Origin: a virus
Lineage: Duplodnaviria > Caudoviricetes
DNA length: 52,895 nt
IMG/VR virus record: IMGVR_UViG_3300032050_000187
Span: 1 to 52,895 of that record
Direction: 5' to 3' (one strand)
Shown here: piece after piece, positions 26,178 through 35,112 of the stretch
Layout of the letters: each line of letters opens with the position of its first letter
How positions within the stretch are numbered: the stretch's first letter is position 1
Translations under genes and position numbers: made by a program
The notes under the pieces: generated by a model
The model's database searches: none
Seen by the model: the letters and a program-made list of their open reading frames with translations, nothing else
Told to the model about the DNA's origin: nothing

Positions 26178-26440
26178 CTGAGACACAACTGAAAGTTACT
26201 GAAAAGACAAGCGCGGGGCTTTGTGATGCCTTGTTCTATGAATTCGATTTACTCCGAAATGGTTTGAGCGATGCTCACAGGGCATCGGCAGTGGCTAAGT
26301 TGGCCGTTCAAATTATTAACACCAAGAAGCTGGAGATTGAAGCCGCCGCCTTCCACAAAGCTGGCCTACGCTTTGTCCCTCTTGCTTTGACGGCCAACGG
26401 CATTCCTATTGGGAAAGAAAATGCTGAAACAGGCGCTTGA
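26174..26440 (+). CDS. Hypothetical protein
   Basis: SD TAAGGAG, 88 aa. Confidence 0.6.
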   Translation: MTETQLKVTEKTSAGLCDALFYEFDLLRNGLSDAHRASAVAKLAVQIINTKKLEIEAAAFHKAGLRFVPLALTANGIPIGKENAETGA

Positions 26441-26873
26441 TTTCATGCAACAAACTGAGCGGCCCCATGTACACGGCGAAGTCCGATTAAAGATACTTTC
26501 TTTGGTAAAAGAGATTGAGGCTGTGTACAAGCAACACGCACGAAAACCAACAGGCAAGTTCTGCGACATTTGCGGCAAAGGCGACATCAGTGACATTCAT
26601 AAAGTCAAAGACGTCATCAAAGGGTATGAACACCGAGAGCACACGTCACCTTGGCTTTGCTACGGGCATGCAAGTGGGTGGAGCATTTCATACATGCGCT
26701 TTGAGGAGGCCAGAAAGATGCGTTTACTTGGTTTAAACAAAACCACTTTTGAAGACAAATTGGAATCAAGAAGAACAGTGTTCAGTGAACCCGTACTACT
26801 GGACGAAGAAGTTGATCTGCATTTTGCGCAATACCTTGCAAAACAGTTACATAAAAGGAGTATGAAGAAATGA
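26421..26873 (+). CDS. Hypothetical protein with CxxC
   Basis: FCDICG...LCYGH; more AT-rich than flanks. Confidence 0.6.
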   Translation: MLKQALDFMQQTERPHVHGEVRLKILSLVKEIEAVYKQHARKPTGKFCDICGKGDISDIHKVKDVIKGYEHREHTSPWLCYGHASGWSISYMRFEEARKMRLLGLNKTTFEDKLESRRTVFSEPVLLDEEVDLHFAQYLAKQLHKRSMKK

Positions 26874-27064
26874 ACAACGAACAAGCATTCCCCAACCCAC
26901 ACCGCACCGACATGACAGGCATGACCCTGCGCGTTTATTTTGCGGCCAAGGCTATGCAAGGACTGTTGTCAGACCCTGGCTGGCGGCATGACATGGACTT
27001 TGAAGAAACGGCCCACGCCGCATACAAACAAGCAGACGCAATGCTGAAAGCGAGGGAAGCATGA
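26870..27064 (+). CDS. Widespread small phage protein (GMTLRxYFAAKAMQ type)
   Basis: AFP...GMTLRVYFAAKAMQG...AYKQADAML. Confidence 0.75.
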   Translation: MNNEQAFPNPHRTDMTGMTLRVYFAAKAMQGLLSDPGWRHDMDFEETAHAAYKQADAMLKAREA

Positions 27065-27327
27065 AATACAGAAAGAAGCCCGTGGTCATTGAGGCCACCC
27101 AATGGTTCAAGATGGGTGATCATCCATTGGTTCACAAGCCCACATCCTCTGTGAATTTGGAATGGGAAAGGAGGCAGGGGCTTCCAAAAGGGTCGATTGG
27201 CGAAATCCGCATTCTTGAAGGCTGGATGTTGGTAACTCCCGGTGACTACATCATCACTGGCGTGAAGGGCGAACACTACCCTTGCAAGCCCGACATTTTT
27301 GAGATGACTTATGAGGTGGCTGAATGA
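27061..27327 (+). CDS. Widespread small phage protein (YRKKPVVIEA type); possible nucleotide-signal sponge
   Basis: KYRKKPVVIEA.QW...PGDYIITGVKGEHYPCKPDIFEMTYE. Confidence 0.7.
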   Translation: MKYRKKPVVIEATQWFKMGDHPLVHKPTSSVNLEWERRQGLPKGSIGEIRILEGWMLVTPGDYIITGVKGEHYPCKPDIFEMTYEVAE

Positions 27328-27527
27328 CACCGCCCGTGAAAAACTATGTTCCTCTTGTGCCAGACCACAGACTGGTGGAAGTCATTCGAGGGTATATATC
27401 AGAACGCTCGGACGAAACAACCCGGCCCGATCTCAACAATGAACACCGCTTATTGGAATTGGCAAGGCTGATTACCGATGAGTGCCAAGCAAGAATCCCA
27501 TTGTGGGAATTGGAGAAAAAAGCATGA
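27324..27527 (+). CDS. Hypothetical protein
   Basis: ATGA-coupled, SD GAGGTG. Confidence 0.55.
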   Translation: MTPPVKNYVPLVPDHRLVEVIRGYISERSDETTRPDLNNEHRLLELARLITDECQARIPLWELEKKA

Positions 27528-27736
27528 CACCAACACCAAAACTGCGCTTTATTGAGCGCGTAGTGCCCGCACCTGAACACGGCGAAAACATTGGAAAAAC
27601 TGTTCGCATCCTCCAGCAATGGTGGGAGGACAAAAACATAGTGCTGGCAGTACACATAACCGACAAAGACGGAAACACTTTGCCATCACCCAATCGTGGC
27701 GAATGGCGTGATGTACCACTGGAGACAGAAGCATGA
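27524..27736 (+). CDS. Hypothetical protein
   Basis: MTPTPKLRFIER...RILQQWW...GEWRDVP. Confidence 0.65.
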   Translation: MTPTPKLRFIERVVPAPEHGENIGKTVRILQQWWEDKNIVLAVHITDKDGNTLPSPNRGEWRDVPLETEA

Positions 27737-27903
27737 ACGAATTTAAGTCTGGCTTTGGCCTAGCGCCAATCAAGAAGGAAGGCAGCATTGCTGACCCCGA
27801 TGAATTTACCTGGGAGTGTGACTGCGAAGCCTGTGCGCTCAAGTACCAGAAGTGGAAAGAACGGTTTGACATTCAACAGAAAGAACTGCGAGGTGAGAAA
27901 TGA
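27733..27903 (+). CDS. 56-aa protein with capsid-like N-terminal segment and CxCxxC (not in ORF track)
   Basis: MNEFKSGFGLAPIKKEGSIADPDEFTWECDCEACALKYQKWKERFDIQQKELRGEK; SD GGAG; ATGA overlap at both ends. Confidence 0.7.
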   Translation: MNEFKSGFGLAPIKKEGSIADPDEFTWECDCEACALKYQKWKERFDIQQKELRGEK

Positions 27904-28271
27904 AAATAGAAAAAGAATGGACAACGAAAGCGGGGTTCAAAGCCGAGGTGATTGCCACCGACATGGGGCATCGCTGTGGGTATGTGTCCGTGCCAAAGGA
28001 TCACCCATGGCATGGCAAGACCTACAACGATGTTGACCTTGATGTGCATGGCGGGTTGACCTACGCTGGCATGGAGGATGGCGATTGGTGGTTTGGGTAT
28101 GACTGCGCCCATCTTGGGGATGCCCGTGACCCCGAATTGATGAGCGACGAATACAAAAATGTTTTGCTGGGGAGGAAGCTGAACTTTGATGGCGACACCG
28201 TGAAGACGCTGGACTTCTGTGTAAACGAATGCGAATCAATGGCATGGCAATTGAAGGAGGTGAACACATGA
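27900..28271 (+). CDS. Conserved phage protein (CGYV...VHGGLTY...GYDCAH type)
   Basis: Cys/His motif set suggests metal binding. Confidence 0.75.
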   Translation: MKIEKEWTTKAGFKAEVIATDMGHRCGYVSVPKDHPWHGKTYNDVDLDVHGGLTYAGMEDGDWWFGYDCAHLGDARDPELMSDEYKNVLLGRKLNFDGDTVKTLDFCVNECESMAWQLKEVNT

Positions 28272-28462
28272 CCGCAAAAGAAGAACTTACCAAGCTGCTC
28301 ATGGAAAGCTATGACCAAGGGGTTAAAGACGGGCTTCAAACAATCCTGCAACTCATCAAGGAACTGCGCCCTGCGATCAATCCGCTGGATGGCATGGGCA
28401 AAGGCAAGACCACGCATGAGTGGTTCGACATTTTGGTCAAAGACATTGAGGAGAAGATATGA
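28268..28462 (+). CDS. Hypothetical protein
   Basis: SD AAGGAGGTG, coupled. Confidence 0.6.
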   Translation: MTAKEELTKLLMESYDQGVKDGLQTILQLIKELRPAINPLDGMGKGKTTHEWFDILVKDIEEKI

Positions 28463-28722
28463 AAACCTGCGAAACCTGCTCACATTGGGAGCGATGGAAT
28501 AAAGATGAATATGAATTTAAGGTGGGTATGGGCGAGTGCATGATGGTTGTGCTGTGGTGGGATGCGTCTGAATGGGACGGGGACAAAAACGGCTACAACC
28601 GAATCATTTCACCAAAATACAAAGACCAAAAAGCATTCACGCAAGATGGCAGTGATTATTCTGCCGCGCTGTACACACGAAAAGATTTTGGGTGTGTTGA
28701 ACACAAGGAGAAGAACACATGA
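28459..28722 (+). CDS. Cys-containing hypothetical protein
   Basis: CETCSHW...GEC...DFGCVEH. Confidence 0.65.
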   Translation: MKTCETCSHWERWNKDEYEFKVGMGECMMVVLWWDASEWDGDKNGYNRIISPKYKDQKAFTQDGSDYSAALYTRKDFGCVEHKEKNT

Positions 28723-28937
28723 AAGGTGGAGCAAGACCGGGCAGTGGGCGCAAGCCCACATTGATTGACGAGCGTAGAGCGTTGAGCCTACACAAGCAGG
28801 GCGTATCCATGCGGGAGATTGCCGAGCGGTTTGGTGTTAGCCTACAGGTCATCAAATACTTTTTTAGAAAGCGCAGGAAACAAAATGGCAATGACCCCCG
28901 AAGCACTTGTAAAAAAGAAAGTCAAGCAGTTGCTTGA
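28719..28937 (+). CDS. HTH DNA-binding protein with GGARPGSGRKP arm
   Basis: GVSMREIAERFGVSLQVIKYF helix-turn-helix. Confidence 0.7.
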   Translation: MKGGARPGSGRKPTLIDERRALSLHKQGVSMREIAERFGVSLQVIKYFFRKRRKQNGNDPRSTCKKESQAVA

Positions 28938-29184
28938 CGCCAACGCGGTGTACCACTTCTCGCCTGTGCAAAACGGCATGGGCAGGGCTGGCATACCAGA
29001 CATCATCTGCTGTTACTTTGGCACGTTCATCGCCATCGAGTGCAAGGCGGGCAAGGGCAAGACCACCGCGCTGCAAGACATGGAGTTGGCCAAGATACAG
29101 CAGGCCGGGGGGACGGCACTGGTTATCAACGAGGAGAACATTGAATTGGTAAAACAAACTTTAAAGGAACTGCTATGCGAATAA
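28885..29184 (+). CDS. VRR-NUC / Holliday-junction resolvase-like nuclease
   Basis: PE...GIPDII...FIAIECKAG...TALQ PD-(D/E)XK pattern. Confidence 0.85.
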   Translation: MAMTPEALVKKKVKQLLDANAVYHFSPVQNGMGRAGIPDIICCYFGTFIAIECKAGKGKTTALQDMELAKIQQAGGTALVINEENIELVKQTLKELLCE

Positions 29185-29450
29185 CACAAGAGGACATAGA
29201 ACGCCGAGTGGCATCCATGACCGATGCCCAGAGAGACCACTTCAAAACGCTGGTGTACGCACTGCTCCAGTGCTACGCCGAGGACAAGCACGCTGCTGTC
29301 ATTGTGCTGGGCGACTTGAGCGATGAGAGCGCCAGCGTGGTCACAGTCAACTGCAACGAGATGGATGCCGCCACGCTGCTGCTGGCAGCGGACAACTTCT
29401 TTAACTACATCAACATGCGTGAAGCACCACCCAAAGAGGCCATGAATTGA
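29175..29450 (+). CDS. Hypothetical protein
   Basis: 91 aa, SD AAGGA, overlaps polymerase start. Confidence 0.6.
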   Translation: MRITQEDIERRVASMTDAQRDHFKTLVYALLQCYAEDKHAAVIVLGDLSDESASVVTVNCNEMDAATLLLAADNFFNYINMREAPPKEAMN

Positions 29451-31423
29451 GTAAACCATTTGAACGCGCCATCGTGCTGGACTTTGAAACTGCCTGGGGG
29501 CGCGGCGTGAAGCTGGGCTTTTCTTGCCAGACCATGGAGGAGTACATACGCGACCCCCGCTTCAAGGCGTGGGGAGTGTCTTGGAAAGAGCTTGGCGGCG
29601 AAGCACCCGCAGTATGGGTTAGACGCAGGGACTTGCCCGAGTTCTTCAAGTCAATCGACTGGAGCACCACCGCGGTCATGGCACAAAACGCAGGGTTCGA
29701 TGTGTCGATCATGGAGTGGCACTACAACGCACACCCAGCGTTCATCATGGACACGCTGTCTATGGGCCGGGCACTGCGCGGTGTGGAGGTGGGCAACAGC
29801 TTGGCCAAGCTGGCCAAAGACCTGGGCCTGCCGCCCAAGGGGGACGGGCTGTCGCCATCAGAGAACATACTGGACGAATTGCCTGCGAATGTGGAGGTCA
29901 CGCTGGCTGAGTACTGCTGCCATGACACATGGCTGTGTGAACAAATTTTCTTTGGGCTTGGTGGCTGGGACTACCCCACAAAAGAACTCAAACTCATTGA
30001 CATGACGCTCAAGATGTACACACGCCCAGTGTTGCAGCTTGACCAGCAGATGTTGATACAAGCATTAACAGAGGAAGGAAACATACGTGAAGCGCTCCTA
30101 CAACGTCTTAACATCGATGAGTCTGAGCTGGCGTCAAACCCTAAGTTTGCGCAGATTCTTACAGGCCTTGGCGTTACACCCCCGACAAAAATCAGTAAGA
30201 CCACAGGCAAACAAACGCTTGCCCTGGCAAAAAACGATGCACTCTTCCAAGCCCTCCTCAATGGTTCGAATGAGGATGTTGCGCTCCTTTGCGAAGCGCG
30301 GCTCAAGGTCAAGTCAACAACCGAACGGACAAGGGCACAGCGGTTCTTGGACATCAGCCAGCGTGGTGCGCTCCCGGTTCCGCTTTCGTACTACGGTGCT
30401 CAGACTGGGCGATGGACGGCAGCTAAGGGGTCAGCCATCAACATGCAAAACCTCAAGCGCGGTTCGTTCTTACGTAAAGCGATTATGGCTCCCGATGGCT
30501 ACCAACTCGTTGTCGGCGACCTCTCGCAGATTGAGCCGCGAGTACTCGCGTGGCTGGCTGACTACGACGATATGCTCGACATCTTCCGGGCTGGAGGTGA
30601 CCCTTACGCGGCATTCGGAAGTCAGATGTTCAACATACCCGGCCTTACTAAAGAGTCTCATCCTGACCTGCGGCAATCTGCGAAGAGCGCGTTACTGGGC
30701 TGCGGCTATGGGCTGGGCTGGTCATCGTTCGCGTCACAGCTTCTTACGGGGTTCCTTGGGGCTCCCCCAGTTCGCTACTCGAAAGAGTTTGCTAAAGCAC
30801 TGGGCGTGGACGGAGAATATGCACAACGCTTCCTAGACTGGGATGAGAACGTCAAGAAGCTGGAGGAAATCCCCCACACCTGCACCACGCAAGAGTTGCT
30901 GGTGCACTGCCTTGCGGCCAAGAAGATCATCGACATCTACCGCGCCACTGCGGCCCCTGTCGTGGACTTATGGGGGATGTTTGGCCAGCTTATTGAGAGC
31001 AGCCTGTACAACGGCAAGGAGTACACGCACAAGTGCCTGACCTTCAAGAAGGGGGAGATCGTCTTGCCAAGCGGCATGAGCTTGTTGTATCCTGACTTGA
31101 AGCCCATCAAGGATGACAAGGGCCGGGTGCAGTGGGTTTACGGCCCCGACCAGACCAAGCTATATGCTGGTAAGATAACGAACAACGTCACGCAGGGCGT
31201 AGCAAGATGCGTGATGACAGACGGGATGCTTCGCGTAGCAAAACAGTATCCAGTCAAAGGGACAGTGCATGACGAGCTGATTGCCGTTGTGCCTGACGAT
31301 GAAGTAGCCACCGCTAAGACATGGGTCTTGGCGCAGATGACTATGGAGCCGAAGTATTTGCCGGGGATACCCCTGGCCGCTGACGGTGGTGCGCACCGTC
31401 GTTATGGGTTAGCAAAAAATTAA
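29447..31423 (+). CDS. polA: Family A DNA polymerase with 3'-5' exonuclease
   Basis: Exo motifs LDFET, QNAGFD, YCCHD; pol motifs A DLSQIEPR, B RQSAKSALLGCGYG, C VHDE; TTG start. Confidence 0.93.
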   Translation: MSKPFERAIVLDFETAWGRGVKLGFSCQTMEEYIRDPRFKAWGVSWKELGGEAPAVWVRRRDLPEFFKSIDWSTTAVMAQNAGFDVSIMEWHYNAHPAFIMDTLSMGRALRGVEVGNSLAKLAKDLGLPPKGDGLSPSENILDELPANVEVTLAEYCCHDTWLCEQIFFGLGGWDYPTKELKLIDMTLKMYTRPVLQLDQQMLIQALTEEGNIREALLQRLNIDESELASNPKFAQILTGLGVTPPTKISKTTGKQTLALAKNDALFQALLNGSNEDVALLCEARLKVKSTTERTRAQRFLDISQRGALPVPLSYYGAQTGRWTAAKGSAINMQNLKRGSFLRKAIMAPDGYQLVVGDLSQIEPRVLAWLADYDDMLDIFRAGGDPYAAFGSQMFNIPGLTKESHPDLRQSAKSALLGCGYGLGWSSFASQLLTGFLGAPPVRYSKEFAKALGVDGEYAQRFLDWDENVKKLEEIPHTCTTQELLVHCLAAKKIIDIYRATAAPVVDLWGMFGQLIESSLYNGKEYTHKCLTFKKGEIVLPSGMSLLYPDLKPIKDDKGRVQWVYGPDQTKLYAGKITNNVTQGVARCVMTDGMLRVAKQYPVKGTVHDELIAVVPDDEVATAKTWVLAQMTMEPKYLPGIPLAADGGAHRRYGLAKN

Positions 31424-31433
31424 GGAGTAAGCA

Positions 31434-31751
31434 ATGACAGTTAGACACAGACCACTGCCACACAAGCTGCGTGTGGGCAACAAGACATACTCGGTTGAGG
31501 TTGTCGAAGCGATGATCGAGAAGAACCTGATGGGGCGCACGTATTACCCCGACAGAAACATCAAGATCGGACTCAAGAGCAACCGCACCGGGCGTGTGTA
31601 CAAGCCCGCTGAAATCCACGACACCTTCTGGCACGAGGTGGTGCACGCCATACTGCACGACATGGACGAGGACCGCTTGAACAGAGACGAGCGCTTTGTT
31701 ACCCGGTTCGCCAACCGCTTGGCCAAAGCAATCGAGACTGCGAGATTTTGA
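31434..31751 (+). CDS. Small HExxH zincin-like metallopeptidase
   Basis: DTFWHEVVHAILH...DERFV. Confidence 0.7.
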   Translation: MTVRHRPLPHKLRVGNKTYSVEVVEAMIEKNLMGRTYYPDRNIKIGLKSNRTGRVYKPAEIHDTFWHEVVHAILHDMDEDRLNRDERFVTRFANRLAKAIETARF

Positions 31752-32416
31752 TGAATCAAGTCACATGGAGCCATAGCGCTCTCAAGGACTTCGAGGGGTG
31801 CGCACGCAGGCACTACGAAGTCAAGGTGCTTAATAACTACCCGTTCCAAGAAACGGAGGCCACGCGCTACGGCACAAGCTTTCACACAGCAGCCGAGGTC
31901 TACATTCGGGACGGCACACCGCTGCCCCCTGAGTTTGAGTACGCCACGGCTGTGTTAGATGCGCTCCTGGCCAAGCCGGGGAGGAAGCTGTGCGAGTACG
32001 AGATGGGCATCACCCCGGACTTGCAGCCGTGTGACTTCAACGAACCCAAGCGCTGGGTCAGGGGTATCGCTGACTTGCTCATCATTGACGACGACAACCT
32101 GACCGCCTCGGTGCTGGACTACAAGACGGGCAACAACAAGTACCCAGACCGTGACCAGCTAAAGCTGATGTCCCTCATGGTGTTCAAGCACTTCCCCCAT
32201 ATCCGCAAGGTGCGTTCAGCGCTGCTGTTCGTGGTCAAGAACGATATGGTCAAGCACACCATGACCGTGGACGAAGCCGATGCTGAGTGGTGGCGCTATC
32301 GTGAGCGTGTGGCCAAGCTGGAAGCCTGCTATGCCACAGGCGTTTGGAACCCCACCCGCACCCCGCTGTGCGGCTGGTGCCCTGTGAGATCATGTGAGTT
32401 CAATCCTAAACACTGA
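31751..32416 (+). CDS. Cas4-like PD-(D/E)XK exonuclease
   Basis: WSHS..KDFEGC, RGIADL, DYKTG, C-terminal CGWCPVRSC. Confidence 0.85.
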   Translation: MNQVTWSHSALKDFEGCARRHYEVKVLNNYPFQETEATRYGTSFHTAAEVYIRDGTPLPPEFEYATAVLDALLAKPGRKLCEYEMGITPDLQPCDFNEPKRWVRGIADLLIIDDDNLTASVLDYKTGNNKYPDRDQLKLMSLMVFKHFPHIRKVRSALLFVVKNDMVKHTMTVDEADAEWWRYRERVAKLEACYATGVWNPTRTPLCGWCPVRSCEFNPKH

Positions 32417-32425
32417 AAGGAATGT

Positions 32426-32725
32426 ATGTCAACCATAGAACCTAACGCCCCGGCTTTTGGCTGCGCCACCTTGTGCCACGTATGCCGCAAACCTGTAGAT
32501 ATGTCCGATTTTGCTGTCGAACACGACGGCCATGTAGGGGTGCGCAACCAATCATTTACCGTTGAAGGTTACGGGAATATCATCATGCACGCAGAGTGTG
32601 CGACCGTGTTGGCGATGCGGTTAATTCACGATGTAATGAAACAAAAAGAGCGCACCGCTCAAACCCCGCTGCGTGTTGTAGAAGCACTTGGCAAACTCAG
32701 AAAGGCAAATCATGGCAACTCGTAA
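32426..32725 (+). CDS. Hypothetical protein with CxxC and HxxC
   Basis: CHVCRKP...MHAECA; SD AAGGA. Confidence 0.6.
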   Translation: MSTIEPNAPAFGCATLCHVCRKPVDMSDFAVEHDGHVGVRNQSFTVEGYGNIIMHAECATVLAMRLIHDVMKQKERTAQTPLRVVEALGKLRKANHGNS

Positions 32726-32945
32726 CTACGCAAAAGAATACGCAAACTATCAGGGCAAGCCCGAACAGATTGCAAAGACAGGCGAACGCGTGAAGGCGCG
32801 GCGCATGATGGTTAAAGCTGGCAAGGCCAGCAAGGGGGACGGCAAAGACGTAGACCACGTTAAGCCCATCCGCAGCGGGGGGACAACTACTATAAACAAT
32901 CTTCGTATGCGCAATCGCAGTTCAAACCGAGGAGACAACAAATGA
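32712..32945 (+). CDS. Small HNH-type nuclease
   Basis: KDVDHVKP..GG....NLR.....NR. Confidence 0.75.
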   Translation: MATRNYAKEYANYQGKPEQIAKTGERVKARRMMVKAGKASKGDGKDVDHVKPIRSGGTTTINNLRMRNRSSNRGDNK

Positions 32946-33052
32946 CCTTTGATGATTGGTGGAAGACCCTCACGGTCTCAGAGCAAAAGCTCATAGGCTA
33001 CAACGTAGCCCGCTTTGTTTGGGAACAAGCGCTGGCGTTAGGAAAAAAATAA
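32942..33052 (+). CDS. 36-aa protein (not in ORF track)
   Basis: MTFDDWWKTL...; SD GAGGAG, ATGA-coupled. Confidence 0.55.
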   Translation: MTFDDWWKTLTVSEQKLIGYNVARFVWEQALALGKK

Positions 33053-33064
33053 ACCGAGAAGCAA

Positions 33065-34624
33065 ATGGAAATCATAGACAACAAAGCACTGCTGTTCACT
33101 ACCCGCAACCCCAACAAATACTGCATCATCCCAAAGCACAAAGTCATGCCCCGCACAGATGGCGGCTTTGATGTTGCAGTCTACTGGGGGTTGGACGAGG
33201 CGCGTGTGTTGAAGAACCTTGGTGTCAAAGACGTACCCTCGCCCATTGTGAGGAAGTACCCCTGGCCTGGGCGCTACAAACCCATGGCCCACCAAGTCGA
33301 GACCGCTGCCTTCCTGACACTCAACCGCCGTGCATTTGTGTTCTCGGAACCCGGCACAGGCAAGACGCTATCGGCACTGTGGGCAGCGGACTACTTGATG
33401 CAGCGCGGTGAAGTGCGCCGTGTGTTGATACTGTGCCCCCTGTCGATCATGCAGTCAGCGTGGGTGGGAGACATCAGCAACAGCATCATCCACCGCTCGG
33501 CCATAGTTGCGCACCACCCTCAAGCTAGCCGCCGCATTGAGATGCTTCAGCAGAACTACGAGATCGTCATCACTAACTACGAAGGGCTAAACCTGATAGC
33601 CGATGAGATCAACGCCAACGGCAAGTTCGATCTGGTCATTGTCGATGAGGCCAACGCATACAAGACGGCCACCACACGGCGCTGGAAGGCGCTGGCATCC
33701 ATCATCAAGCCCAACACCTTTCTGTGGATGATGACAGGCACGCCTGCATCGCAGTCGCCTGTCGATGCCTATGGTCTGGCCAAGCTGGTCAACCCGGACG
33801 GTGTGCCCAAGTTCTTCACAGCATGGCGCGACAAGGTGATGAACAAAGTGACCATGTTTAAGTGGGCACCCAAGGCAGATGCTAAGGACACCGTGCATGA
33901 GGCGCTACAGCCCGCCATTCGCTTCACCAAAGAGCAGTGCTTGGACTTGCCCCCTGTCGTGACAACCACACGCGAAGTGCCGCTGACCCCACAGCAGGCC
34001 AAGTACTACAACATGCTCAAAGAGCGCATGGTGGTGCAAGCCGCAGGAGAAACGATCAGCGCGGTCAATGCTGCCGCTGGTGTGTCCAAGCTCTTGCAGA
34101 TCAGTTGCGGTGCGGCGTACACCGATGACAAGGAAGTGGTTGAGTTCGATGCTGCGCCCCGCCTGGGCGTGCTGGAAGAAATTCTGGAGGAGACCAGCCG
34201 CAAGGTGCTGATCTTCGCGCTGTTTCGCTCAAGCATTGACGGCATCCATACGCACCTGCTCAAGAAGGGCATCGCCGCTGAGTGCATCCATGGTGGCGTG
34301 ACGGCCAGCAAACGCGCTGACATCATCCGCCGCTTCCAAGATACGCCCGACCCCCGTGTGCTGGTCATGCAGCCCCAGGCTACAGCGCATGGCATTACCC
34401 TGACCGCTGCCGACACTGTGGTGTTCTACGGCCCGCTGATGAGCGTGGAGCAATACATCCAGTGCATAGCCCGTGCAGACCGCAAGGGGCAGAACTCAGA
34501 CAAGGTGACCGTCATCCACATCGAGGGTAGCCCCATCGAGAAGAAGATGTTCAAAGCCCTTGGCGGCAAAGTGAGCGACAACTCACTGCTGACCGACATG
34601 TTCACCCACGAAATTAAATCTTGA
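33065..34624 (+). CDS. SNF2-like SF2 helicase
   Basis: EPGTGKT, VDEAN, MTGTP, QCIARADRKGQ. Confidence 0.9.
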   Translation: MEIIDNKALLFTTRNPNKYCIIPKHKVMPRTDGGFDVAVYWGLDEARVLKNLGVKDVPSPIVRKYPWPGRYKPMAHQVETAAFLTLNRRAFVFSEPGTGKTLSALWAADYLMQRGEVRRVLILCPLSIMQSAWVGDISNSIIHRSAIVAHHPQASRRIEMLQQNYEIVITNYEGLNLIADEINANGKFDLVIVDEANAYKTATTRRWKALASIIKPNTFLWMMTGTPASQSPVDAYGLAKLVNPDGVPKFFTAWRDKVMNKVTMFKWAPKADAKDTVHEALQPAIRFTKEQCLDLPPVVTTTREVPLTPQQAKYYNMLKERMVVQAAGETISAVNAAAGVSKLLQISCGAAYTDDKEVVEFDAAPRLGVLEEILEETSRKVLIFALFRSSIDGIHTHLLKKGIAAECIHGGVTASKRADIIRRFQDTPDPRVLVMQPQATAHGITLTAADTVVFYGPLMSVEQYIQCIARADRKGQNSDKVTVIHIEGSPIEKKMFKALGGKVSDNSLLTDMFTHEIKS

Positions 34625-34630
34625 AAGGAG

Positions 34631-34673
34631 TTGCAAAGCCAAAAAATATGTGTAACATGTCCAACCTTAGACA
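34631..34673 (+). promoter_or_regulatory. Promoter with TGTC-N8-GACA operator over the start site
   Basis: TTGCAA-16-TAACAT; TGTCCAACCTTAGACA at 34658-34673. Confidence 0.6.
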
Positions 34674-34692
34674 AAACAAAAAGGAGAAGTAG

Positions 34693-35097
34693 ATGAGTGA
34701 TGAAGCAGTACCCCTCGACAAATTGGCGAAGGTCTACCGCAAGATTCGTGACCGCATCGCTGTGCTGACACAGGAGTACGACACCCAAGTCGAACAACTG
34801 AAGGCGCAGCAAGATGAGGTCAAGAACGCAATGAAAGAGCACCTCAAGGCGCTCGGCGCAAGCTCAGTCAACACGCCGCAAGGCACAGTGATTATGGGCA
34901 CCAAGACACGGTATTCGACAGACGACTGGGATTCGTTCAAGGAGTTTGTCAAGACCGAAGACGCTCTCGACTTGTTCGAGCGGCGCATCCATCAAGGCAA
35001 CATGAAACTGTTCCTTGAAGACAACCCCGGCAAGCTCCCGCCTGGACTCAACTCCATGCAAGAGTACGACATTTCCGTTCGCAAGCCTTCCAAGTAA
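34693..35097 (+). CDS. Conserved replication-module protein (coiled coil, loosely Gam-like)
   Basis: N-terminal coiled coil; DWDSFKEFV...LFERRI...LPPGL. Confidence 0.65.
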   Translation: MSDEAVPLDKLAKVYRKIRDRIAVLTQEYDTQVEQLKAQQDEVKNAMKEHLKALGASSVNTPQGTVIMGTKTRYSTDDWDSFKEFVKTEDALDLFERRIHQGNMKLFLEDNPGKLPPGLNSMQEYDISVRKPSK

Positions 35098-35112
35098 CCC
35101 CAGGAGAAACCT

